A stretch of DNA of 64,000 bases, taken from NCBI GenBank assembly GCA_965644495.1, contig CBFFSA010000002.1, positions 1,302,001 to 1,366,000 on the forward strand, in the 5' to 3' direction. The stretch comes from Perkinsela sp. CCAP 1560/9 (Eukaryota > Protista > Euglenozoa: Kinetoplastea). Positions 1 to 7,841 of this stretch are shown here, one piece after another. Position numbers and translations under genes: made by a program. The notes beneath the pieces were generated by a model, which was given only the letters and a program-made list of their open reading frames with translations, searched no databases and was not told the origin of the DNA. How positions within the stretch are numbered: the stretch's first letter is position 1; each line of letters starts with the position of its first letter.

Positions 1-540
1 GAGCGTACCTTGTGTGTTTCGCTCAGACAGCTCCTCCCCAAAGTCTACCCAAACCCACCGGCTACCATCCGACTCGAAACGGCAGATCTTCGTTTCATCC
101 GTGAAAATTACACGGCCCCAGTCGGCGTGCGTCCAATGCTCGTACTTTCTTGTAAAAGCAAGACGTAGAGCCTTGTGACGTTTCGTAAGGTAGGGCTTCT
201 TGACCCTCTTCTTTCCCTTCATACCACGCTTACGAAGGGAAACCCGAATGGTTTCCGGGCAAACATCCGCAATACCTTTGACTCTCAACCTTTTGCTGGC
301 GGCAACTGCGTCTTTTGTGGCGCCGCTAGTGATGAGACGGCGGACGCGCCTACGGCAAGTATCACTCAGCTTACGTGGGCGACCGGTTGGTTGTCTAGAT
401 AGCGACGGAAGATATTTATTTTTAATGCGGCTGACATTTCCTACGCTTAAGTTTAAATCGGCGGCCACTCTACGAAGTGAAGATCCGTTTTCAAGTTTTT
501 CAATAGCAATCTTTCGTAAATAACTCGGTGTACTGTGCAT
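1..540 (-). CDS. Tc1-family transposase, N-terminal 180 codons (runs off the left edge; absent from the ORF track)
   Basis: Manual translation from ATG at 540 is open to base 1: MHSTPSYLRKIAIEKLENGSSLRRVAADLNLSVGNVSRI (HTH)...GRPRKLS...ETIRVSLRKRG..KRVKKPYLTKRHKALRLAFTRKYEHWTHADWGRVIFTDETKI. GRPR, KKPxL, RLxF and W..VIFTDE are typical Tc1 motifs, the last carrying the first catalytic Asp. Confidence 0.93.
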   Translation of the reverse strand, partial: MHSTPSYLRKIAIEKLENGSSLRRVAADLNLSVGNVSRIKNKYLPSLSRQPTGRPRKLSDTCRRRVRRLITSGATKDAVAASKRLRVKGIADVCPETIRVSLRKRGMKGKKRVKKPYLTKRHKALRLAFTRKYEHWTHADWGRVIFTDETKICRFESDGSRWVWVDFGEELSERNTQGTL

Positions 541-624
541 AAGTAATGTAGTAAATAGAGCAACTTGGTTTTATTCTCCTATTGTAGATCTTTGTTCTAC
601 TATGCACAGTACACCGAGTTATTT
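518..624. repeat. Perfect 24-bp inverted repeat overlapping the transposase start codon
   Basis: 518-541 AAATAACTCGGTGTACTGTGCATA is the exact reverse complement of 601-624 TATGCACAGTACACCGAGTTATTT; 59-nt spacer. Confidence 0.95.
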
Positions 625-694
625 CCAAATATTTCCAAAATCAGACAAAATACAAGACCTGTAGGGGGGGGGTAAAAGAGGCTGAACACCACTG

Positions 695-772
<78 letters not shown>
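695..772. repeat. (TAGA)19 microsatellite
   Basis: Perfect tetranucleotide tract flanked by CACTG|TA on the left and TA|CAGGGG on the right. Confidence 0.98.
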
Positions 773-1796
773 CAGGGGCGGTTGTTCGTTCCCCTAAGGA
801 AGAGTTTTTGCCGCCTTTTTTTCATACAGACCCCCTGGTGCCCCCTGGGTCCAAAAAACTGTTTTTTGGACGTTTTCTGTGTACACACCCGTTTTTTCCC
901 GATAATTTCATGTTTTTGTGGTTTATTTGAATTTGTGTAAGCTTAAATAGTCTTCTAATTTCTTTATGCTCAAGCAATGTTTCTGTAGAAACATCAATAG
1001 CTATTTAATAGAGTTTTTCAAACCTCAACAACATGAATACAAGACCGACTAACCCTAAAAGTGGTGAATATGTAGAAGGGTGGAAACTTGGCGAAAACAA
1101 TGGTAAAACAAATATTTTTTAAAAATATTTTCCCCTATTGTACTTTGTTAGTTTGGGACCTATACTCATACCTATGTGCTCTGTGAACACTTATGTGTGT
1201 TCAGTGGTTCTATGGTTCAATGAACACTTTTATGAACCAATAGAACACTTTTTCGATTTTTTTTCGTGACGTACAAACATTTTTTTTTGAAGCTTTGTTT
1301 CATTCAAATGGCCCCAGATGGTACTACACGACCTAGATCCTCACGTACATGTAGGTACATGGCAGAATAGGTGGTGCGAGTCTGTGCCATCGATATGATT
1401 CCAGCGTCAAGGGAGACCACGAAGAGGCCCCAACCCCCAGTTAGGCTGGCCTGAACACGTGTTAGGCGTTTAATCAATTCGGCACACGAACGGTTTTAAT
1501 GCATATAATGTATTCACAGTGCAAAAAGAATGTTTTGTGGAAATGACGACAACAAAGATGAGGAAAAAAATTCAAGCTTTTTCTTTGGGGAAAAAAGTCC
1601 CCTTTCACTTTTTGTGAAACCCAATTAAAAGTGACCCACCACTTTTTTTCTTCGTACAAGCGTCCGTTTGAGCTGATTTTTGTAGCATTTTGCAGATCTC
1701 AACACAAAGGCTTTGAGCGTGAAGAAACGAAACAAAAAGAAGCGAATACGTATATTTTAGAGAAGAACTAACATTTTGTCACTTTTTCACCTGCGA

Positions 1797-2130
1797 TCAC
1801 AACCTGTACATGATCCAAATACAACACCGCTCCCCACCCGTGTAAATGGGCGTGCTGTGGATCATACTTTGGGTCCACTCCTGAAGATCCATCCGAGCGG
1901 CATACGGCAGAGGGCTCAGTTCGTACAAACGTTTTGGATCACGGTTTAAAGCGTTAATGCGCCTTCTTACTAACTTCAAAGTAAAATGATGCTCCGGAAT
2001 CGATTTCCCCAAAACCAAAGTTTGGAAATGGGCCAACGCAAGACATTCCTGCATCCAAGCGAGAAGCTGAGGTACGAAGTGTGCTTCGAGGTAAGGTTGC
2101 GAGAACTGGCGGTAATAGCAAACCGCCTAA
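1797..2130 (-). pseudogene. VIPER/TATE-like (DIRS) RT-RNase H connection fragment
   Basis: VLGKSIPEHHFTLKLVRRRINALNRD...SPLPYAA resembles the trypanosomatid VIPER ORF3 segment (ILGxxLxxYxFxIKxVRRRLSALNR...LPxAA), recalled from memory. Truncated. Confidence 0.6.
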
Positions 2131-2934
2131 GTAAGGAAAGAATTGATGGAATTGTAGCTTTGCAAATTTGGAATACCTTGGGGATTATTTGTAGGTTATG
2201 GGAAAATTATTGTTTGTTTATACCGTATCAGACACATATAAACTCTGAACTTGGAAGTCATAGATGAAAGCTTTCAAGGTGAAAGTGTTAAGCTTTTCAA
2301 CTGACTTTAAGTCGATCTTATTGCGGTGGTTGTATAACTACCACTCTACCCTCAATTATTGAAAAAAAGTGAACAAAAACAGTGAAATATAAAGAGAAAC
2401 ACACTAATATAATAGAAGAAAAAAAAACGTTTCATATAAAAGAGGGCTCCGGTGGTCCAAAACTGAAAAAAATATTGAAAAAAATGGGGGGTCCAGGGGG
2501 AGGGGTATACGTCGCGACTTTTTTTTCGAATTTTTTGTTTCTCAAAATCGAGCGCCGGGAAGTGTTAGAGTAGGCCGCGGCGATAATTTTCTGCCCCCCA
2601 ACCTGGGGGTATCCCCCCCCCTCTGTTACGCGCAGGAGGGGTCCGACATGGTCAAAGTTTCCGAAATTTTTGGGGTGACCAAGAAAAAAACTTTTTGATA
2701 AAAAAAAGGTAAAAATATTATTTTTCCAAAATCGACTCCTAAAACGTATTTTAAGAGTTTTGGACATCAGCTACCATTCTACGGCGTTGTTTTCGTCAGA
2801 TCCGCCTCCTACCCCTACTGGTAAGGCATCAAAAACGGCCAAAATTCGGGTTAAAATTTCGAAATTTTTGCTTAAAAATCGGGCTTTTTTACCTAAAAAA
2901 GTAGATTATTCATGATCTTTTGGCAATTTTTCTA

Positions 2935-3039
2935 TTTTAGGCTCTTCGTTAAACGCGGTGGTAGTTTTCAACGCGAAGTGTGCAGCATGAGTGACTTCCA
3001 AGTTGAAAACAACCACCGCGTGTAACGAAGAGCCTAAAA
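2935..3039. repeat. ~105-bp foldback element, copy 1
   Basis: 38-bp arms TTTTAGGCTCTTCGTTAAACGCGGTGGTAGTTTTCAAC / GTTGAAAACAACCACCGCGTGTAACGAAGAGCCTAAAA (2 mismatches) around a 29-nt loop. Confidence 0.85.
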
Positions 3040-3683
3040 AGGAAATTGGATATTTGATTCATTTTTGGATTTGGATTGGTTCCCCAAGTAATCGATTGTG
3101 GTGGTTCCCCATTTTTCTTCGACGGGCACGAAAGGTTCCTGTGGGACCTCGTCCTCTCATTAGAAATTGTTGAGGGTAATAGATCTGCTTGACCAAATGC
3201 GGGAAACAATAGTTTTTTACAACAACAACAAAAATATTTTGAAATAAGAAATGCATTACGTTCGGCGAGTACAAAAAAAGCTGCCACGCTTACTAAGAGA
3301 GAACCTCATACCGCGGCATTCTAATACTGTATAGCTAGGGCATGTGTAATCACTTGGATATGCGCAAAACAAAAAAGGTTTATGAAAAATACTCAACATG
3401 TTCGTGGGATGTGTACCTCCCCAAAAAGTGTTCAATGCGTTCTATGTGTTCAATGAACAAAAAAAAGTGTTCATAGAACACATAGGTATGTATACTAGCT
3501 TTCTATGCCATTGTTTTCGCAAGATATCCCTCCTTGTAGCCCTGGTATGCTTCCCAAAATGACCCATTTTTTTGACCAAAAAAGGTGAAAAAATATATTT
3601 CGGATCCCAAGGGGTCTTTTTGCGTCGAAAGAATGGTGTGGTTGGAGTCGAATTCTCTATCCAATACGTTCGGTAGGCTTTAT

Positions 3684-3709
3684 AAAGATACAGTTTCTGT
3701 ACCTTGTTG
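3684..3709 (+). other. Spliced-leader (mini-exon) 3' part relic
   Basis: AAAGATACAGTTTCTGTACCTTGTTG contains the conserved kinetoplastid SL core ACAGTTTCTGTAC, followed at the correct spacing by TTG. It is not followed by the GT donor of an SL RNA gene. Confidence 0.7.
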
Positions 3710-3986
3710 CCTTAGTTCATCCTTTCTTTCCCCGGCAACGGGCATACTCTTACTGTATTTTCATGCCTGTTGCCGGCCGGCGCTAAGGCTGGAACTGTCC
3801 CCCTTTATCGCTGAAGCAGGGGAAGCGCCTCCATCCCTTCACCCTTCCCCGACTCACTCCCCTGGAGTGAGTGCTTCTCCCTCTCGGATTCCTTCCTCCC
3901 GACCCGTACGTCTCCGAGAGGGCTAGGCGTCACGGTGGCCTCCCTTGAGGACCACTAGACGCGTCCCTCGCTGCCCGCGTTTACGG

Positions 3987-4152
3987 CTCTCCGCACCTGA
4001 CGGTCGCCCAGCTCTCCGCACCTCGGCTCTGTCGCAGCTCTCTGCACCCGGATTGCCCCCGAAACTGTAATATGGGGATTACGCATCCGGCTCTCTGCAC
4101 CTGCACATGACAACCGAGCTCTCTGCACCTGGGACGTCAGCTCTCTGCACCC
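3987..4152 (+). repeat. Dispersed GCTCTC(T/C)GCACC repeats (about 6 copies)
   Basis: The motif recurs at ~3988, 4010, 4038, 4090, 4118 and 4140 in the GC-rich segment downstream of the SL relic. Confidence 0.7.
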
Positions 4153-4411
4153 ATTCTCCTCCAGCGAGGGCAAATCCTCACGTGATCCACCCGTCGTATG
4201 CGGGTAAGGACAATGTGAGACAAATCTCTGCAATCTAAGTGCATGAATAAACAACAAACAACATGCCTACGAGTGATTTCCCACACGCAAATGTCGGATT
4301 TAGTGCTCTGAGAGCAAAACTACCCAAAAATCACCCCATTTTTACCCAAAAATCGTCTATTTTTGCCTATAGTCCCTCCGTTTTTTTCAGCTTTCGAAGC
4401 TAACTTTCCTT

Positions 4412-4509
4412 TTTTAGGCTCTTCGTTAAACGCGGTGGTAGTTTTCAACGCGAAGCGCGCAGCATGAGTGACTTCTAAGTTGAAAACAACCACCGCGTTT
4501 AACGAAGAG
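4412..4509. repeat. ~100-bp foldback element, copy 2
   Basis: Near-identical to 2935-3039 including the loop (GCGAAGyGyGCAGCATGAGTGACTTCyAA), same orientation. Confidence 0.85.
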
Positions 4510-5040
4510 ATGCAAAAAGAAATAATTATAATCATAACCTTTGGTGGAATCTCCCTTTTTTCCCCCAAAATTATTTTCAAAAATAAATACTTCAATGTTT
4601 TTTCGAGTTCAGCGATTTTGCAATCCTTCTAGATTGGTATTGACGAAAGAGAAGACTTTGACTTATTTACACCAAGACATTCGGGGACATTTATAAAAAA
4701 CAAGAGTTCTAGGGCTCAAATTGTGGCACACCAGGTTGGGAAAAGGTGTGACACACTTTTAGAGTCCGGTGGAGTATCGATACTGTATGGGCAACACATG
4801 AACGAGCGAAATGGGAAATTGAAAGCACGAAGGCCTTTATTTCAGCATCAGAAGATGAGCAGATGAAATACGAGTAACTAATTTTAGTATTTGGAGTGCC
4901 CTTCAAAACTTCAAAAAACAAATTGGGGGAAAAAAGGGAGATTTCACCTAACTGTTTTGTATTTATAATTAATTTTTGATCACATGAATCCATTAATTTT
5001 TACGAAACTGATTTATAAATTAATTTTTTATTCATTAATT

Positions 5041-5150
5041 TTTCTCAACATTCATTCAAACTTTATCAATATTAACTTTCCCAACATCAACCTTCTCAAC
5101 TCCAACCTTCCCAACTTCAACTTTACCAACTTGAACTTACTCGACTTCGT
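5041..5150. repeat. Degenerate ~15-bp tandem repeat (AACTTYCCCAACWTC-like)
   Basis: The periodicity is visible directly and produces the spurious N/L-periodic ORFs 4984..5250 and 5052..5297. Confidence 0.6.
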
Positions 5151-5236
5151 TCCCAAAAAAGCGACACCAATTAAAAATACTCCAATTTTTATGACTCGAT
5201 ATTTTACTACACTTACGCTTTTTACGAACGCTGTAA

Positions 5237-5345
5237 CACATGAAACGTAACTCTGCGAGAGCTCTCCAATGAGGTGTTTTTTTCCAAAATTGGCCAAGTT
5301 ATACGGATTTTGACCCCCCCCTCACAATTTCGTGCCCACATCCAT
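5237..5345. mobile_element. Divergent right arm of the CAGGGGGGTGCACG MITE family
   Basis: CACATGAAACGTAACTCTGCGAGAGCTCTC...TTTTGACCCCCCC...TTTCGTGC matches the right TIR at 16235-16339. Confidence 0.7.
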
Positions 5346-5346
5346 A

Positions 5347-5617
5347 GGGCACCAGTTTGTGTTACTGTATCCCCCTGTTTGTAATAGCCTCGACCCCTCC
5401 CATAAAGTACGGGTAGCCCTTCCATCAGCTCCACAATCTACCCCATACCAACATTTGTGAATTCTGCAAGTTCGTGTTCCTGCGGCAGTGGTGCTCTTGC
5501 CTTGCCAAGACGCGACGAAGTACAGTATGTATTTTCATTACGAAAAGCTGTAGATTCTGCACAAAAATAAAGTAACGTGTGTGATAAGGAAATAAATATA
5601 CTGCAAATCCAGCACAT
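5347..5617 (-). pseudogene. LRR-family gene 5' fragment, frameshifted and truncated at the MITE
   Basis: Two frames give SSRLGKARAPLPQEHELAEFT and CWYGVDCGADGRATRTLW, matching the N-terminal and CxWxGVxC cap motifs of the LRR genes at 21097 and 59853. Confidence 0.6.
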
Positions 5618-5702
5618 GGCAATTAGGATAGTAAGTTACGATTTTTAAGACAAATTTTCTAACACGAAACTTTGAAGATACAGGGAAAATAAATGAAAAG
5701 AG

Positions 5703-7571
5703 CTACATGCAACCCCAAAGGACCCAAAGAGTGACTAACACCCCATACACACCCCAGTGCAGTCTTCCTTGCGACAAAACTCCACTGTTTTGGGTGCCTT
5801 CTCTAGCGTAGTAGGACGCCTCCGAGAGATCAGCCCCTTCACTTAACGCCCGGGTGCAGATGTCACTCGCGGGGGGACAGTGAATGATTCCCACATAACC
5901 ATCCGGGGCGGCAATATCTCCGGCAGACCCATTCAGCGGACAGCGTAGCCAATCGGTCGTGTGTGCCACCCGCAACTCCACTCGAGTACCCCCCGGACAA
6001 CGGGTCTCGAAACACCGCGGTGAGATGCGATTCGCGTACGTTGAGGGGGCGTGCTGGGAGCGAAACCCGCCCTCTTTCTCCGCCTCCCCCGAGGTCTCGA
6101 AACACCGACTTGATACGCTAAAAATGTTTCCCTTCCCCGAGGTCACGACGCCTAGTTCCTCATTCACACACAACGTGTTGCTATCCCCGACATACGTCGG
6201 ACAAAAGTCCATGTGGGGAATAACCCCACCCTTGTGCGCGTCCCCCGGAAAGTACTGATAACTCTCCGGCAGCGCAAACGGGTAGGAGTGTGTCAGGCAG
6301 ATCCCCGCCCCCAGGCGGTCGGTGGTACACCCAAACGTGTTGTCCTTCCAACAAAAATACCGATCCCGCCCTCCAACCACCGTGTCACAACGTTGCTCAA
6401 TAAACCCACACCCCGCGGCTCTTCCATAACTCAACTCCGCGGGCTCACTACACACCCTGTAATCCACATCATAGTGTCCACTGTCCTCAAAAAAAGCCAA
6501 CGTCATCGGGGAAAGCCCCAGGGTCACATCGGTAGGACTCGTTGTCCCCGTCATCAGTTCATTCCCCATGACCCGTTTATCCCAATGCGAAAGCGCGGTG
6601 GCCCCTCCACCCACATCCTCCATTTCCAGGAACGTGAGATTGGAGCAGTTAAAATACACCTGGGCCTGGGCCACCACGTGGGGGGTCACCATCCCAATCG
6701 TTTGCTTCCCCCGCACCTCGACACTACGAAACGGGCTCTGGTTGGGGGGGAGAAACCCAATCCGGGCATAGGGGAAACCAAACCCCAGGGCGTGCAGGAT
6801 CTCATGCAACGCGACCCGGACGTTCCGCAGCAGCATGTCGTCGGTGCCCGCAAGCCTTGCGGGGGCGAAGTTCACGTGGCCGACGAGCGGACGACCCCGG
6901 GGCCCGATCTCACACGGGAGCGCCCAGGCGAGGGTGTCGGCGCTGTCCATGGGGACCGCGGTGACGTAGAGCACAAAGTCGGTGTCGGGGACGCCGGTGA
7001 GGGAGTGGGAGGGGTTCGTACTGACATGGCCGAAACAGGGGCGCTCACTGGTACGGAGGGGGGAGGTGAGGGGGGTGACCCGGAGCGCGGCGTGGATCAC
7101 GGCCAGGGCTTTGCGCAGGACGGTGTGGAGGAGGTAGTCTTTTTTAGCCTCGGTAAGGACGTCCTCGGGGGTGCAGGTGACGTTGGAGAATTGGAAGCTG
7201 GAGCGTATGTCACCGGGTTGGGTGCAGTACCGGGCGGGGTTTTCCAGGTCGATGGTGCTGAGCGCGATGCGCATGTTGCGACGTCGTGGGGGGCGGGGGG
7301 CACGGGCTGCGGGTGGGGGAGTGGGCTCCCCGGGTTGGAATACGGTGCGTAGGGTGCTGTTGGGGAGGTGGAGGGAGTGGTGGGTGAGGACCTCGTTGTG
7401 AATGCAACGGTGGGTGAAGGCTGAGGTGGGGGTGTCGGCGGTGTGGAACAAGCAGGCTTGTACCAGGAAGGACACGTACAAGAGTAAGGGTTGCATCGCA
7501 GGTGTAAGAATATAAGAATGAAAAATGTTAGAGATTGCTTTTTGTATAATATTCATGAATTTCTCGACCAT
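5703..7571 (-). CDS. GP63: GP63/leishmanolysin-family (M8) zinc metalloprotease; likely start 7496 (MQPLLL signal peptide)
   Basis: HRCIH pro-peptide Cys switch, HEILHALGF, SHWDKRVMGNELMTG (third His and Met-turn), MTLAFFEDSGHY, Cys-rich C-terminus, hydrophobic GPI-type tail. Confidence 0.93.
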   Translation of the reverse strand: MVEKFMNIIQKAISNIFHSYILTPAMQPLLLYVSFLVQACLFHTADTPTSAFTHRCIHNEVLTHHSLHLPNSTLRTVFQPGEPTPPPAARAPRPPRRRNMRIALSTIDLENPARYCTQPGDIRSSFQFSNVTCTPEDVLTEAKKDYLLHTVLRKALAVIHAALRVTPLTSPLRTSERPCFGHVSTNPSHSLTGVPDTDFVLYVTAVPMDSADTLAWALPCEIGPRGRPLVGHVNFAPARLAGTDDMLLRNVRVALHEILHALGFGFPYARIGFLPPNQSPFRSVEVRGKQTIGMVTPHVVAQAQVYFNCSNLTFLEMEDVGGGATALSHWDKRVMGNELMTGTTSPTDVTLGLSPMTLAFFEDSGHYDVDYRVCSEPAELSYGRAAGCGFIEQRCDTVVGGRDRYFCWKDNTFGCTTDRLGAGICLTHSYPFALPESYQYFPGDAHKGGVIPHMDFCPTYVGDSNTLCVNEELGVVTSGKGNIFSVSSRCFETSGEAEKEGGFRSQHAPSTYANRISPRCFETRCPGGTRVELRVAHTTDWLRCPLNGSAGDIAAPDGYVGIIHCPPASDICTRALSEGADLSEASYYAREGTQNSGVLSQGRLHWGVYGVLVTLWVLWGCM

Positions 7572-7841
7572 ATTCGAATCATACGATTTATTTTCATCAT
7601 GTCAAAAGCCAACATGTCAAATGCCTATTGTGTGCATAAAACCTATTGTATGTATAAAATGTATAAAAAGCAAAAAAATATTATCTGGAAGTGATGGAAG
7701 ATGAATAAAAGGAGTAAGATGCAGGGGCTGCTAAAATTTCGAATAAGTAGAATGTACATCACTATAAACATTTTTCTACTGGTCTAGAAACATCTAAGAA
7801 AGTTGTACAAGGAAGGCTAGATAGTCCTGCACGCGACAGAG

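Larger units (their letters stand above)
1..694 (-). mobile_element. Tc1 element, 5' end with CAGT terminus at a TA site
   Basis: The minus strand reads TA|CAGTGGTGTTCAGCC upstream of the transposase; the TA is the first dinucleotide of the (TAGA)n tract. The other TIR is outside the window. Confidence 0.75.
1167..3490. mobile_element. Non-autonomous hAT-like element with 24-bp TIRs and 6-bp TSD (TATACT)
   Basis: Left CATACCTATGTGCTCTGTGAACAC vs reverse complement of right CATACCTATGTGTTCTATGAACAC (22/24). TATACT at 1161-1166 and 3491-3496. GTGTTC/GAACAC subterminal repeats. Removing the element rejoins an inverted repeat in the flanks (~1077-1104 and ~3508-3535). Confidence 0.85.

Noticed and set aside
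175-523. Plus-strand ORFs at the left edge
   Set aside because: Antisense to the Tc1 transposase.
619-888. ORF with IYLS repeats
   Set aside because: Translation of the (TAGA)n microsatellite.
4984-5297. Pentapeptide-repeat-like ORFs
   Set aside because: Both strands are open only because of a 15-bp DNA repeat in a TE island.
6213-7352. 379-aa plus-strand ORF (also 55674..56648, 57419..58291, 45323..45902 and similar)
   Set aside because: Antisense shadows of confidently identified genes, favoured by GC-rich skewed codons; no family motifs.
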